A stretch of 64,000 nucleotides of DNA from an uncultured Candidatus Saccharibacteria bacterium (GCA_948623715.1 CAPHDI010000002.1:13626-77625), one strand, 5' to 3'; shown: positions 19,487 through 32,848, numbered from the stretch's first letter. Numbers and translations are program-made. The notes: generated from the letters alone by a model not told the origin.

Positions 19487-21016
19487 TTATTTAAATGAAT
19501 AATAAAGTTGCCCATTCACTAGTGGCACGTCCCTCGCCGCTGCCAATTCCGACACCGTCAAGAACTCATACCCCTGCGAGCGCAAGTTATCGATAATACA
19601 TGGCACCGCATCCACTGTCGTCGCATGAATATCATGTACTAGTATAATCGCACCGTCAAACGCCGCCCCCACCACTCTCGAACAGACAATCGCCGCATTC
19701 CGATCCTGCCAATCCTTTGGGTCAATCGACCACATAATCAACGGCTGGCCTAGCGCCTCTCGCACCGAGCCATTCACCTCGCCATACGGCGGTCGCGTAA
19801 ACGGTGGCACTGTTCCGAGAATATTCGTAAAAATCCGGTCCATCTCTAGCGCCTGCGCCCGTACCTGTGCCGCACTCAGTAGTACCAAATTATCATGATA
19901 CGGTGTATGACTCGCCACCTCGTGCCCATCCGCTGCTTCCCTTTGCACTACCCCTGGAGCGCGTTCCGCCATATTTCCCAGCACGAAAAACGTCGCCTTC
20001 ACACCCCTCCCCGCCAGAATGTCTAACAATCTCGGCGTCGTCGCTGCCGACGGACCGTCATCAAACGTCAACGCAATTATTTTCTCCCCCGGCACCACCT
20101 CTGGATGCTCCGTATTCCCTGGCCGTGGCGCAATCGGCTCCAACTCCCCGCCAGTTGTATTATTCTCTACTGGCGGCTCTGCTGGTTTTTCCTCTGCCGG
20201 CGGCTCCTCCGCTGGCTTCTCCGGCTCTTCTGGCTCAGATGGTTCCGATGGCTCATTTTCTTCCGGCTTCTCCTCTGGTTCTTCTGGTTTTTCTTCAGGA
20301 TTCTCCGCTACCCCACCCGACTCATTCGCCTTCTCTGTGAAATATCGTGTCGCCCAGAATCCACCTCCGATCGCCGCCACCAACACTAGCGCCCCCAGCA
20401 CCCACCAGACCACTGGAAACAGCTTATGCCGCCGCTTCGATCCCCCTTCATCCTGCAAGTCCTCCACGCCCACCTCTGGAATTTCTTCCTCCAGCGCATC
20501 CTCCTCGACCAAAATCCCCTCGGCCGCTTCTGCCTTCTTCTCCTCAGTAGACCCCACTGGCGCCTCTTCCCTAAGCGGCTCCGTTGTCAGTTCTTCCTCA
20601 ACCGGCTTCTCTAATTCCTTTTCCTTCTCCGCCGTCTTCCGTCGCTCCTCTGCCAAATCTTCCTCTAGACTTACACTGACCGCCTCTTGTACTTCCTTTT
20701 CACCCTCCTTTGAAGTCAGCCTCTTCGCCTCCGCCAAATTCTCCACCGTAATCAAAACCACTGACCGCTGGTCATTTTTCACGACCTTCTCATTCTTCTT
20801 ATCTTTATTTTCTACTGACCGCTGGTCATTTTGCTTCTCTGCGCCCTGCACCAATCCCCGCCGCTGACCGCCCTTCTCTGACGTCCGCTTCTGGTTATTA
20901 TTCCCCTCTACGCTTTTCTGCTCAGCTCGCTTCTGTTTCTGCCGATCATTCCGATTCATCGATTTCTTAGCGTTTTGCTTCGCCAGATTCGCTACTTTTT
21001 TCTTCTTTTTACTCAT
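19487..21016 (-). CDS. Membrane-anchored polysaccharide deacetylase (NodB/CE4)
   Basis: ALTFDDGP, HEVASHT..H, RPPYG, WSIDPKDW and IILVHD motifs after a long charged N-terminus and one TM. The start is probably MSKKK. Confidence 0.88.
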   Translation of the reverse strand: MSKKKKKVANLAKQNAKKSMNRNDRQKQKRAEQKSVEGNNNQKRTSEKGGQRRGLVQGAEKQNDQRSVENKDKKNEKVVKNDQRSVVLITVENLAEAKRLTSKEGEKEVQEAVSVSLEEDLAEERRKTAEKEKELEKPVEEELTTEPLREEAPVGSTEEKKAEAAEGILVEEDALEEEIPEVGVEDLQDEGGSKRRHKLFPVVWWVLGALVLVAAIGGGFWATRYFTEKANESGGVAENPEEKPEEPEEKPEENEPSEPSEPEEPEKPAEEPPAEEKPAEPPVENNTTGGELEPIAPRPGNTEHPEVVPGEKIIALTFDDGPSAATTPRLLDILAGRGVKATFFVLGNMAERAPGVVQREAADGHEVASHTPYHDNLVLLSAAQVRAQALEMDRIFTNILGTVPPFTRPPYGEVNGSVREALGQPLIMWSIDPKDWQDRNAAIVCSRVVGAAFDGAIILVHDIHATTVDAVPCIIDNLRSQGYEFLTVSELAAARDVPLVNGQLYYSFK

Positions 21017-21588
21017 AATACCACCTGTCTTGCCCATTCATACATCACAATTCCTGCCGCCACCCCGACATTCACCGATCTCGTCGATCCGAAACTCTCG
21101 ATCTCTCTTACATCATTCGCCAACGCAATCGCCTCCGGTGTCAACCCGTCTCCTTCGCTACCGAATAGCAACGTCGTCTCTGCCTGAAACTTCTTCTCAT
21201 GCAGCGGCTGCGCCCGCTCTGTATGGTTCTCGATCGCCACGATTTCCCGCCCCCGCGCTTTCTGATCTTCCGCAAACTCCTCAGTCCCTGGCCAATGCAC
21301 TATCTCCAAGTACTTATCCGTACACATCGCTCCGCGTCGATTATACTTCTTCCGTCCGATAATATGCACCTTCGCCACATTAAAATTATTCGCACTCCGC
21401 ACGATCGTCCCCGCGTTAAAATCATGCTCTACGTTCTCTATTGCTACCTCTAACTGAGTACGATTTTTACTCAGCTCATCAAAAACTTGTTCATTCGATA
21501 AACCTTTGTATTCATCCTGCAAATTCCGTCCGTCTGCCGCCTTAACCTCATCAATTTTCGTGTTTTTATTTTGACCTGGTTTTTCCAT
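21013..21588 (-). CDS. TrmH/SpoU family RNA methyltransferase
   Basis: NAGTIVRSA, FGSEGDGL and SVNVGVAAGIVMYE motifs. Confidence 0.9.
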   Translation of the reverse strand: MEKPGQNKNTKIDEVKAADGRNLQDEYKGLSNEQVFDELSKNRTQLEVAIENVEHDFNAGTIVRSANNFNVAKVHIIGRKKYNRRGAMCTDKYLEIVHWPGTEEFAEDQKARGREIVAIENHTERAQPLHEKKFQAETTLLFGSEGDGLTPEAIALANDVREIESFGSTRSVNVGVAAGIVMYEWARQVVL

Positions 21589-21698
21589 ATCTATATTATA
21601 CCACTTTTTCTAAAACGAACATTAAAATTTAATAAAAAATCCCCCAAGCCTTAACTCGGGGGATGCGATGGAAATGTGTCAGGTCAGCGAAGTGTCGT

Positions 21699-22538
21699 TC
21701 AGTTCACCGAGCCACTCAGCCCAGCCTCCTGCTCCAGCAGGTCCAGCCAGCCCGTCCGCGGGCCGAGCATCCGTACCAGCTCCGTCGAGCACACCGCGCC
21801 CTCAGCCTTGTGGTACCGGTAGTACGTATCCGCCTGCACCAGCGAAGGAATCGCCTTGTAATGGCACACCAGCTTCTTCAGCCCTTCAAGCGCCCGCACA
21901 TACATCGGCGTAAACTTCTTCGGCTTCTCGACCGAAGCCTGCGCCACGGCCGTCCGCCCGCCCATATTCGACGTCGTTGCCTTAGCCTGCACTTGCGTCA
22001 TCCCGATCTCCTCGGTCTGGGGCTTCGCCCGAGTCACCGGCTCATCCGCCGTCGCACTCTCCTGACGCTCATGTCGCAGACCACTCGGCAACACCTCGAT
22101 GGTGCAGCCTGCCGTGTCCAGCTTCTTCTCGCGCGCCCGGTAGGGCTTTGGCTCCAAGAGGGCGGTCAGCTTATCGGTTTGTCGAACCTTTTTCACGTTC
22201 TCCTGGTACTCCGACCAGAACTGCTTCTTGAGTTCCGATACCTCAGCCATCGTCAGCAGCTTTCCAGCCTTCTTAGCCCTTTCCCGCTCCTGGCTGAGAT
22301 CATCCGGACTGGTCATCGTGCCGCTGTGATACAGCAATCCCGCGACCTTAGCGGTCGCCTTATCATAGTTGCTGAACGCATGCAGCGCCGCGGACATCGT
22401 GCCGGCCTTCCAAGCCTCTTCACTCGTCGGGATCCGCCCGAGCGTAATTGCCTGCTCGGTCAATTCCCGCAGAGCGATGTCCTCCGGCATCGGCATTGTC
22501 TTCCACCAGTTCCATGTTTTAAGATAAGTTTTGCCCAT
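21699..22538 (-). CDS. Hypothetical protein (stand-alone unit)
   Basis: 279-aa ORF with its own TTGACT-N17-TATAAT promoter (about 22649-22677) and a terminator hairpin (about 21633-21664). Confidence 0.6.
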   Translation of the reverse strand: MGKTYLKTWNWWKTMPMPEDIALRELTEQAITLGRIPTSEEAWKAGTMSAALHAFSNYDKATAKVAGLLYHSGTMTSPDDLSQERERAKKAGKLLTMAEVSELKKQFWSEYQENVKKVRQTDKLTALLEPKPYRAREKKLDTAGCTIEVLPSGLRHERQESATADEPVTRAKPQTEEIGMTQVQAKATTSNMGGRTAVAQASVEKPKKFTPMYVRALEGLKKLVCHYKAIPSLVQADTYYRYHKAEGAVCSTELVRMLGPRTGWLDLLEQEAGLSGSVN

Positions 22539-22769
22539 TTGAATTTTACCCCCAATTTTTTCTGATAGTGCAATCGTTCTCTAGATCTTTGCGGTCTTTA
22601 CTTCACATTTCCTACAATGTGCTTCACCTCCCCCTCAGTAACCCCTCCATTATAGCACACTTCCCCGAAAAAGTCAAGGCTAAAATCATATTCTACCACT
22701 TTTCGGATCCATGCATAGAAAGTACCCCTATCAACAAGTTTCTAATCTCCATCAGCCTGCCAGCCTACC

Positions 22770-22793
22770 AAAAGACGCCCCGTAGGGCGTCTT
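22770..22793. terminator. Terminator hairpin downstream of the 16S gene
   Basis: aaagacgccc-cgta-gggcgtcttt. Confidence 0.7.
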
Positions 22794-22952
22794 TACAGAA
22801 ATTAACAACTTAGTTGTGCAATTAATTCATCGTAAGTCGAAGCTTTTGTCGTGTCTCTTGCGAGCTACATTGTGATCTAAGCTTATTTACCACAATCACG
22901 ACCGACCTAGCTACAATATATATTGCTATATACTGCGCATCAAACTCCCTAG

Positions 22953-24478
<1,526 letters not shown>

Positions 24479-24764
24479 AAAGTGGTCTTTTCAGATAAAT
24501 CTTACTTGACCGAAAAATTCGAACCAATGTTCATAAATAACTGACGATGATAAGTTTGTACTCCGCTGGACGAATCCAACGATATTTACAAACCATAATT
24601 GCACAACTAAATTGTTAAAATTCCTTTACCTCAGTGCAGAGTTTCCGATTTCTCTTCGCCTCCTCTGTGCGCTGGGATGTTCTCATTTTATATCACTCGA
24701 AAAGAAATGTCAACAACTTTTTCGGACTTTTTTTGACTTTTTTAAGTTATTTTAAGAAAACTTC

Positions 24765-25211
24765 TTATGCTTTTACTAAAATTCCCATAATCACCCCTGT
24801 TATTATACCGATCAACGTCCCGACAACTACCTGCGCAACCGTATGCCCTTCTACGATTCTTAGCGGTTTCTTCCCTTCCTTTTTCAGCATTTCATTCAAC
24901 ACTTCCCCCTGCACACCTACCGCATATCGCACATTCACCGCATCATACATAATTATTTGCGTCGTCGCAAGCGCCAATGCAAACAATCCCGAATCAAACC
25001 CCCACCCCAGCCCAATATAAGTCGTCAGCCCCACCATCGCCGCCGAATGCCCAGAAGGCATCCCACCCGACCGCGTCACATAACCAATCACCTGACCCGC
25101 GGTCATCTTCCCCGGCTGTTTCCGACCGGAAACCAACCCCGCGATCACCTTCCAAGTTTGCGCTATCAACCAGCCCGCCCCTGCCGCTAGCAACGCATAC
25201 CATCCATTCAT
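24765..25211 (-). CDS. Divergent PAP2 family (DUF212) protein
   Basis: SGGMPSGHSA, IMYDA..VR...G and GHT..QV..G motifs. Confidence 0.9.
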   Translation of the reverse strand: MNGWYALLAAGAGWLIAQTWKVIAGLVSGRKQPGKMTAGQVIGYVTRSGGMPSGHSAAMVGLTTYIGLGWGFDSGLFALALATTQIIMYDAVNVRYAVGVQGEVLNEMLKKEGKKPLRIVEGHTVAQVVVGTLIGIITGVIMGILVKA

Positions 25212-25322
25212 ACCCCCATTGTAGCATAAACATTTTTAAAAATCCACCCCTAAACCAAAAATGCCCACCCTTTTTGGCATTTCTGACGTCACTAAAATCA
25301 CACCCTAGGAAGACAGACGCCT

Positions 25323-26840
25323 TTAGCTTCGCCTGAACACCCACCGCAACCACCACATGATCCCGGCGGCTACTATCACTACTATACTGATAATCGGCCA
25401 GATCAACCACCCCCGTTTTGTACTCTCCTCATTTAATACTGGCACCGCCACATTCTCCTCCGCCCGCCCCTTATCTTCATTTTCTGACCGCTGGTCATTT
25501 TCACCCACCTCTTCACTTTTATCTCCATCTCCTTTCTCATCTACGATGCCGCTATTTCCTGCCACCCCTAAGATTCCGCCATCGATTGCCCCTACTACAT
25601 TATCTACTGACCCCGTTGCCCCGGCCAACGTTTCAGCATTCGCCGAACCGCCCCCTGCCCCGACCAATGTCTCAGCGCCTGTCGAGCCAGTCGTCGCATC
25701 CATCACCCCGCTCCCTGACCCAGTCGGTCTATTCGGGGCAACCGGCATCCCTGGCCTCACCAATGTTCCCGGGTTTTCTGGTTCAGTTGGTCCCTCCGGC
25801 CGTACTACTGGAGTACCCGGCTCCAGTGGCGTTAGCGGAATATCTGGCACGATCGGCTCCCCGGGTCCAATCGGCGTCAACGGGACGTCTGGCACTGGCT
25901 TCTCATACGGATTCTCCACCTCTTCTCTAGTACCAAATAATATCTCATAAACATCCATTGTCCCCTCATATATTTCCCACCACATTCCCCGCTCCGCGTC
26001 CTCTAGTATATTGCGTATTCTGAGCAACTCCGCATAAATCCTCCCCCGCATCTCATCCAAAGCCTCTGGCTCATAGAATATCTCCAGACATTCAGCCTCC
26101 ATTCTATACTGCTCAATCTGACCGCCCAGATAGTCCGTCAGCTCCTCTTTCCAGGAATTCACATGCCCGATCACCGCCGGATCCACCCGCTCATATGCCC
26201 ATTTTCCATCTTTTTCGCTCACCGTGCAGCTCGTTACCTGCGTCGACCCCTCGTTCGCAAAAATCATACAGTCTCGATAATTCAATTTTCCATAAATTTG
26301 CTTCAGCTCACCCGTATCAAGCTCCTCATATTCGACCATATAGTGCATCATTCCTGGCTTATCTCCCCAGAAAAATCCCTCTTCGAGCTTCCACTCTTGT
26401 CTCTCCACCTCCCCACCCGGCGTATACTCGAAATCCAGCTCATTTGCCATTAGCGCCCATGTCGGTCGACCAAACTCTCTCATCTGCACAATATCTCGTT
26501 CTACCGTCTCTAGCCTATAGCTATCATAGTTATAAAATGCCAGTTTCACCCGCCGCAGTGCCAGATTTGTATCATTTTCCTTGTTAAATCCCATCCCTAT
26601 TTTGCTATTATCTACATCTATTAGATAAAACTCCACTAGCGGATTCACTACATCATCCCCTAAACCAGCCTTCTCCGCCAATCCTATCAATTCCACTGAC
26701 TCCGCCGATTCTACTGACTGCATCTCTATCGCCAAATCCGCATACATCTGCGCTTCTCCCGCCCAAGCCATCGGCGCCGCCATTATTCCTCCGCCTACCG
26801 CCACCATCGTCATACTCATTACTATCGGCAATTTTTTCAT
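25323..26840 (-). CDS. Surface protein with signal peptide, Pro-rich repeats and C-terminal TM anchor
   Basis: N-terminal signal ending AWA; PDVPLTP/PDIPLTP repeats; VAVPVL followed by a TM and RRS tail. Confidence 0.75.
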   Translation of the reverse strand: MKKLPIVMSMTMVAVGGGIMAAPMAWAGEAQMYADLAIEMQSVESAESVELIGLAEKAGLGDDVVNPLVEFYLIDVDNSKIGMGFNKENDTNLALRRVKLAFYNYDSYRLETVERDIVQMREFGRPTWALMANELDFEYTPGGEVERQEWKLEEGFFWGDKPGMMHYMVEYEELDTGELKQIYGKLNYRDCMIFANEGSTQVTSCTVSEKDGKWAYERVDPAVIGHVNSWKEELTDYLGGQIEQYRMEAECLEIFYEPEALDEMRGRIYAELLRIRNILEDAERGMWWEIYEGTMDVYEILFGTREEVENPYEKPVPDVPLTPIGPGEPIVPDIPLTPLEPGTPVVRPEGPTEPENPGTLVRPGMPVAPNRPTGSGSGVMDATTGSTGAETLVGAGGGSANAETLAGATGSVDNVVGAIDGGILGVAGNSGIVDEKGDGDKSEEVGENDQRSENEDKGRAEENVAVPVLNEESTKRGWLIWPIISIVVIVAAGIMWWLRWVFRRS

Positions 26841-26955
26841 AAATTCCTCATTTATTTTAATTATTCCGCGAGTATAACAAAATTTTTCTCGAAATTACAA
26901 GCAAAAAATCGCGAATTTCGCGATTTTTTACCCTAAATCCACCTGAGTACTAAAT

Positions 26956-29556
26956 TTACTCAGCTTCTTCGTCCGGCAATACCACCCCAATCGAAGCAAT
27001 CGTATCACCATCATTCAGTCGCATAATTCGTACACCTTGTGTCGCGCGACCTTGTGTCGGGATCTCCTTCACCGCGATCCGGATCGCAATCCCCTTCGTC
27101 GACATCATGATCACCTCTTTCGCCTCTGGATCTAGCGTATGTACCGCTACAATCGGACCAGTCTTCTCTGACACCGCCGCCGCCTTCACACCCACGCCGC
27201 CTCGGCTATGCGCCGGAATATTCTCCGCCATCGTCGCCTTGCCGTAACCATTCGCCGACACCACTAGCAGCTTTTGGTTCTTATCTTTAATCACATCCAT
27301 CCCGACGATTTCATCTTTCGGACGCAGACGAATCCCCCGTACACCACGCGCGCCTCGTCCCATACTGCGTACATCCTTCTCATTAAACCGTGCCGCCTGT
27401 CCTGCTGAAGTCGAAATCACGACATCATAATCCCCTGTCGTCTCCTGAATCCACTTCAGCTCGTCCCCTGCATCCAGCTTAATCGTCACCAGTCCATTCG
27501 CCCGAATATTCAGATATTCCTTCACTGGCGTTTTCTTAATCGTCCCCTTCTTCGTCGCCATGAAAAGATAGCCATCGACATTCTCGCCCTGCTTAATAAT
27601 CGCCGTTACCTTCTCATCCGGATGCATATTTAGCATATTCACTGCCGGTGTACCCTTCGCCGTCATCGATGCCTGTGGAACCTCATACGCCTTCAAGCGG
27701 AAGATCCGCCCCTGATTCGTAAAGAATAGTAGATAATCATGTGAATTTGCCGTCACAATCTGCGAGATTACGTCCTCTTCCTTCGTCGTCATTCCCTTAC
27801 GACCCTTGCCGCCTCGGTTCTGCTTCTTGAAATCGCTCTGTAGTACCCGCTTCATGTAATTCTCTGTTGTCAACAGAATCACGCTTTCTTCATCCGGGAT
27901 CAACTCCTCTTCCGAAAACTTCCCTACTTCATGATTAAAGATCTTACTCTTGCGCTCGTCACCATACTTATCACGCATCGCGATCAATTCTTCCTTCACT
28001 ACGCGTAGTACTTCGCTTTCGCTCGCGAGGATCTTCTCATATTCCGCAATCTGCGCGAGTAGTGCCTTGAGTTCTTCCTCGATTTTATCGCGTTCGAGAC
28101 CCTGGAGCCGTCGTAGCTGCATTGCTAAGATCGCCGCCGCCTGAATTTCACTCAATCCAAACCGCTCCATCAAGCGCTTATCCGCATCGTCATAACTCTC
28201 GCGAATTGTCTTAATGACCTCGTCGATATTATCCAACGCAATCTTCAAACCTTCAAGGATATGCGCACGCTCCTTCGCCTTTCTCAGGTCGTATTCCGTT
28301 CTTCGTCGAATCACTTTCTGCCGATGTTTAATAAATTCAGCCAAAATCTCCTTCAATCCAAGGATTCGCGGCTGTACTCCATCGACCAACGCCAACATAT
28401 TATAATGGAATGTCGTCTGCAAGCTCGTCATCTTATAAAGTTGGTTCAGAATCTTCTTCGGGAAAGCATCCTTTTTCAACTCTACCACTACTCGGATCTT
28501 CCCCCGCGCCGACTCGTCTCGCGCATCCGCAATATGATCAAGCTTCTTCGCTAACACTAACTCTCGTACCTTCTCGATAAAGCCTTCCTTGCTCATCCCG
28601 TACGGCACTTCAGTAATCACGATCGAGTAACGACCATTCTTCTTCTCTTCAATACTCGTGACCGCCCGGATTACTACCGACCCCTTCCCTGTTGCATAAG
28701 CTTGCTTCATCGGCGTCCCGCCGTAGACTTCCGCCCCCGTTGGGAAATCCGGCCCCTTTACAAACTTCATCAATTCTTCCAGAGAAATCTCTGGATTATC
28801 AATCTGCGCCACCGTCGCGTCTACCGCCTCAGTCAGATTATGCGGCGGAATATTCGTCGCCATACCGACTGCGATCCCCATCTGTCCGTTCAAAAGAATA
28901 TTCGGCAACGCCGCCGGCAAAACCACCGGCTCTTGCTCACTCCCGTCAAAGTTATCTCGGAAATCTACCGTTTCTTTCTCGATATCTGTCAAAAGTTCCG
29001 CCCCGACCTTATCCATCCTCGCCTCAGTATAACGTGAAGCCGCCGGGTCATCACCATCCATTGAACCAAAGTTACCTTGCCCCTCAACTAGCGTATAGCG
29101 CATTTTCCACGGCTGCGCCAAGTTCACCATCGCGTCATAAATCGACGAATCACCATGTGGGTGATACTTACCCATCACTTCACCGACAATACGCGCCGAC
29201 TTCACTGTCGCATGCGGTGCCTTCCAGCCGTTTTTATTCATCGCATAAAGAATCCGCCGATTTACCGGTTTCAGTCCGTCTCGCACATCTGGCAACGCCC
29301 GGTCGATAATCACCGACATCGAATACCTCAGGAAATAGTTTTCCATCGTACTCTCGACGGCTTTTTGCTCGATTCCATTCACCACTTCCGCCTCTACCGC
29401 CTCCGAAACAGTCTCGCTAGAGCCGTCTGACAGCGTTTTTTCACTCAGACCTGGGTCTGACCCCACTTCCGCGCTAAGATCGCCTGTAACCCTTCCAGAC
29501 GCCTCAGGAGGCATATTCTGCTTATTTTTATCAAGATTTTCGTCTTTTTCCGCCAT
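26956..29556 (-). CDS. gyrA: DNA gyrase subunit A
   Basis: [29 protein letters not shown] and GyrA-box QNRGGKG. Confidence 0.98.
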   Translation of the reverse strand: MAEKDENLDKNKQNMPPEASGRVTGDLSAEVGSDPGLSEKTLSDGSSETVSEAVEAEVVNGIEQKAVESTMENYFLRYSMSVIIDRALPDVRDGLKPVNRRILYAMNKNGWKAPHATVKSARIVGEVMGKYHPHGDSSIYDAMVNLAQPWKMRYTLVEGQGNFGSMDGDDPAASRYTEARMDKVGAELLTDIEKETVDFRDNFDGSEQEPVVLPAALPNILLNGQMGIAVGMATNIPPHNLTEAVDATVAQIDNPEISLEELMKFVKGPDFPTGAEVYGGTPMKQAYATGKGSVVIRAVTSIEEKKNGRYSIVITEVPYGMSKEGFIEKVRELVLAKKLDHIADARDESARGKIRVVVELKKDAFPKKILNQLYKMTSLQTTFHYNMLALVDGVQPRILGLKEILAEFIKHRQKVIRRRTEYDLRKAKERAHILEGLKIALDNIDEVIKTIRESYDDADKRLMERFGLSEIQAAAILAMQLRRLQGLERDKIEEELKALLAQIAEYEKILASESEVLRVVKEELIAMRDKYGDERKSKIFNHEVGKFSEEELIPDEESVILLTTENYMKRVLQSDFKKQNRGGKGRKGMTTKEEDVISQIVTANSHDYLLFFTNQGRIFRLKAYEVPQASMTAKGTPAVNMLNMHPDEKVTAIIKQGENVDGYLFMATKKGTIKKTPVKEYLNIRANGLVTIKLDAGDELKWIQETTGDYDVVISTSAGQAARFNEKDVRSMGRGARGVRGIRLRPKDEIVGMDVIKDKNQKLLVVSANGYGKATMAENIPAHSRGGVGVKAAAVSEKTGPIVAVHTLDPEAKEVIMMSTKGIAIRIAVKEIPTQGRATQGVRIMRLNDGDTIASIGVVLPDEEAE

Positions 29557-29572
29557 TTTCTACCTCCTTTTC

Positions 29573-31573
29573 CTAGAAATCCAACTCATCCAAATTCACG
29601 CTCGCCGCCCCCGCCTGAATGAAGTTTTTACGCAACATCACCTGATCACCCATCAGCTTCGTGAATACCGCGTCTGCTTTCTCCGCATCGTCAATATGCA
29701 CCTGTACCAGAATCCGGTTCTCTGGATCCATTGTGGTTTCCCAGAGCTGCTTCGCATCCATCTCACCAAGACCTTTGAAACGGTTCTGTGCCGTATAGCC
29801 AGCCTGTTTGAAGCGCTCCTGCGTCGGATCAATCTTCGTCCCCGCCGCCCTTCGCTCCTCAATTTTCTCTTGTAACTTCTTCTCTAGCGCCACTTCATCA
29901 TATACATAATCAATTTTCCGATTATTCCCCGTCCCCTTCGTCAAACCAAATAGCGGCGGCTTCGCTAGATACACGTGCCCTGCCTTAATCACCTCTGGCA
30001 TATACCGGAAGAAGAATGTCATCAGCAGTGTCGCAATGTGCAGACCATCGACATCGGCATCCGTCATAAAGATGATCTTATCATAACGCAACCCATCTAG
30101 GTTAAACTGATCGCCGATCCCTACGCCCAATCCCTTAATCAAGCTCACTAGCTCCTGATTTGCCAGCATCTTATCCAAGCGCGCCCGCTCCGTATTCAAA
30201 ACCTTACCACGCAGTGGCAAAATTGCCTGAATCTGCGGATTCCGGCCTTCTTTCGCCGAACCTGCCGCAGAGTTACCCTCTACGATAAATAATTCACAAT
30301 CTTCCCGTTTCCGGCTCGAACAATCCGCCAGCTTCGATGGTAAATTCAACCCATCAAACGCCCCCTTCCGGATCACATTATCTCGCGCTGCCCGTGCTGC
30401 CTTTCGCGCCCGTGCTGCAATCGTCGCCTTCGTGATGATTTTCTTCGCAATCGCCGGATTTTCCTCTAGATAATACCCGAAATACTCCGTCATCACCTTA
30501 TCGACGTAGCCTCTTACCTCTGGATTTCCGAGCTTGTTCTTCGTCTGCCCCTCAAACTGCGCATCCGGCAGCTTCACCAAAATCACCGCCGTCAAACCTT
30601 CCTTAATATCATCTCCGGTCAGATTCGGCTCTTTTTCCTTCAAGAGGTTATTCTTCCGCGCATAATCGTTAATCACCCGGTTTAGCGCCGTCCGGAAGCC
30701 TACAACGTGCATACCCCCCTCCGGCGTCAGCACGTTATTTGCAAATGGCTTAATCGTCTCCACAAAAGTATCATTATACTGCAGTGCCACCTCCACCATC
30801 GTGTCTTCCATCAGCTTCTCAACGTAGAAAATATCATCCGCGACTACCTCTTTCCCCTCATTTAGTCGTCGCACATAACTCCGAATCCCGCCCTCAAAGT
30901 AGAATGATTCCCTCGCCCCCGTCCGCTCATCGCGCACCGCAATCAAAATCCCCTTTGTCAGATACGCCTGGTGCCGCGCATAATTCGACACCCATTCATA
31001 ATCAAAAGTCGTCGTTTCCTTAAAAATCTCTGGATCTGGATAGAAAGTAATCGAAGTCCCCGTGCCATCCGACTCGCCGATCGGCTGCACGCCGTCTCCT
31101 AGCGTCTTTCCCTTATCAAACTCCACATGGTAAAGCTTCCCGCCTTTTCGCACTTCTGCAATCATACGCTTCGACAGCGCATTCACCACTGACGAACCCA
31201 CGCCATGTAGACCCGACGATACCTTATAGCCGCCCCCGCCAAATTTACCACCCGCATTCAAGACCGTGAGGACCGTCTCTAGAGTCGATTTCTTTGTCTT
31301 CGGGTGAATATCTACTGGGATACCACGCCCGTTATCATCTACTCGAATCCCCCCATCCGCCAAAATCGTAATCAAAATCTTATCCGCAAAGCCAGCAATC
31401 GCCTCGTCTACAGAGTTATCGGCAATCTCCTTAACCAAATGATGTAACCCATCAAACCCAGTCGATCCAATATACATCCCCGGGCGAATCCGCACATGCT
31501 CCAACCCCTCCAAGACTTGAATCTGGGAGCTATCATAATTACCTTGCCCATCACTTGTTTGTTTTGCAGACAT
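29573..31573 (-). CDS. gyrB: DNA gyrase subunit B
   Basis: RPGMYIG, GLHGVGSSVVNALS, VEGNSA, PLRGK, MTDADVDG and RFKGLGEM motifs. Confidence 0.98.
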   Translation of the reverse strand: MSAKQTSDGQGNYDSSQIQVLEGLEHVRIRPGMYIGSTGFDGLHHLVKEIADNSVDEAIAGFADKILITILADGGIRVDDNGRGIPVDIHPKTKKSTLETVLTVLNAGGKFGGGGYKVSSGLHGVGSSVVNALSKRMIAEVRKGGKLYHVEFDKGKTLGDGVQPIGESDGTGTSITFYPDPEIFKETTTFDYEWVSNYARHQAYLTKGILIAVRDERTGARESFYFEGGIRSYVRRLNEGKEVVADDIFYVEKLMEDTMVEVALQYNDTFVETIKPFANNVLTPEGGMHVVGFRTALNRVINDYARKNNLLKEKEPNLTGDDIKEGLTAVILVKLPDAQFEGQTKNKLGNPEVRGYVDKVMTEYFGYYLEENPAIAKKIITKATIAARARKAARAARDNVIRKGAFDGLNLPSKLADCSSRKREDCELFIVEGNSAAGSAKEGRNPQIQAILPLRGKVLNTERARLDKMLANQELVSLIKGLGVGIGDQFNLDGLRYDKIIFMTDADVDGLHIATLLMTFFFRYMPEVIKAGHVYLAKPPLFGLTKGTGNNRKIDYVYDEVALEKKLQEKIEERRAAGTKIDPTQERFKQAGYTAQNRFKGLGEMDAKQLWETTMDPENRILVQVHIDDAEKADAVFTKLMGDQVMLRKNFIQAGAASVNLDELDF

Positions 31574-31659
31574 TTCGACGTACCTCAGCTTTACATTACC
31601 TCTATATTCTAGCGTACTTCCCGCGAAAAAGCAAGGGTGAAATCAGAGGAGGCTGTCCC

Positions 31660-32598
31660 TTATTCCAGCAGCGCTTTCACAAACAGCCGCTGATCATACG
31701 TCTGTTGCGCCGGCAACCACGTCCCTGTACAAGTAATCAATGTCAAGGACGGCGTCCCCGGTACTGGCGAGTCTAATACCGTCCCCATATACGCATCTGA
31801 TTCCGCCCCTAGATATTTATACGTCTTCTCTACGATCCGATAAGTAAACGTCCGCCCATCCCCCATCTCGATCGTAATCTTATCTCCGTTATTTACCCGT
31901 GGCAATGTCTTAAAAATCCCGATCCCCAGATCGCCACCATGTGCATTCATCAGCGCCGTCCCCGCCTGCCCTGGCAATGACGAAATATAATACCATCCGA
32001 CCACTCGCGGACTCGCCGGAGAATCCAGCTGCGCACCCCCGTTACTCAGCATCGTCGTCCCAATCTCCGTCACCGGAATCCGACTCAATCCCGCCGCCGG
32101 AATCGAAATAAACCTCGGTTTATAAGCCGCCACCTTATATTCATCCGGATGCTCGAGATAATACTCCACCCCTGTCGGCTCCTCGACTAACGGGTCCGGA
32201 TTCTCTGTCGGCAATTCAGGTTCTTCAGGCTCTTCCTCGACCGGCGGCTCTACCTCGACAATCTCCTCGTCTTTCGGCTGATTATTTACGATTCCAATCA
32301 CTACCCCTGTCGTAATCGCCGCTACGACTAGTAGCGCCAATATAATCGCACCAATAATCCCCCGTTTACTTAAGCCCTTTTTCGTCATTTTCACTCTCGC
32401 GCGCCCTCGTTCCTGCTCCTTTTTCACCCCAAACAGTTTCAATCCTGGCTTATTTTGCGACTTCGCCCCCTTTTTCTCAGACCCTACTGGTACCGCACTT
32501 TTCGCCAAAGCCGCCTTATTCGCCTTCTGCGCGCCTTCTGAGATGTTTTTCTTTCCCTGCTTCCCCCGATTTTGCTTCTTCTTAGCCATTTTATCCAA
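31660..32598 (-). CDS. Class F sortase
   Basis: One TM; VGWY...PG..GTALMNAH, LTLITC and QRLFV (His/Cys/Arg catalytic set). Confidence 0.8.
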   Translation of the reverse strand: MDKMAKKKQNRGKQGKKNISEGAQKANKAALAKSAVPVGSEKKGAKSQNKPGLKLFGVKKEQERGRARVKMTKKGLSKRGIIGAIILALLVVAAITTGVVIGIVNNQPKDEEIVEVEPPVEEEPEEPELPTENPDPLVEEPTGVEYYLEHPDEYKVAAYKPRFISIPAAGLSRIPVTEIGTTMLSNGGAQLDSPASPRVVGWYYISSLPGQAGTALMNAHGGDLGIGIFKTLPRVNNGDKITIEMGDGRTFTYRIVEKTYKYLGAESDAYMGTVLDSPVPGTPSLTLITCTGTWLPAQQTYDQRLFVKALLE

Positions 32599-32659
32599 AA
32601 ATTATATTTTATATATTCACTACCGTATATTCTACCAGAAATCCCCATTTTCACAAGCA

Positions 32660-32781
32660 CTAGAAGCTTAGATCATCATTGCTGCATAAATACCTTTTCG
32701 CGGACATGAAGACTCGGCCTGAGCGGCCCGGAGCGGTCCGAGAAAAGGTTTTATGCAACAATGCTAATTCAAACTCCTTAG
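32660..32781. repeat. Palindromic MITE/REP-like element
   Basis: cattgctgcataaa-accttttc-cggac ... gtccg-gaaaaggt-tttatgcaacaatg form nested inverted repeats. Confidence 0.45.
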
Positions 32782-32848
32782 AAAAATCCCCGAGCTCTCG
32801 CCCGGGGATGTGATATCTGCAACCACAAAACAGTTTATTCCCGTAAAA

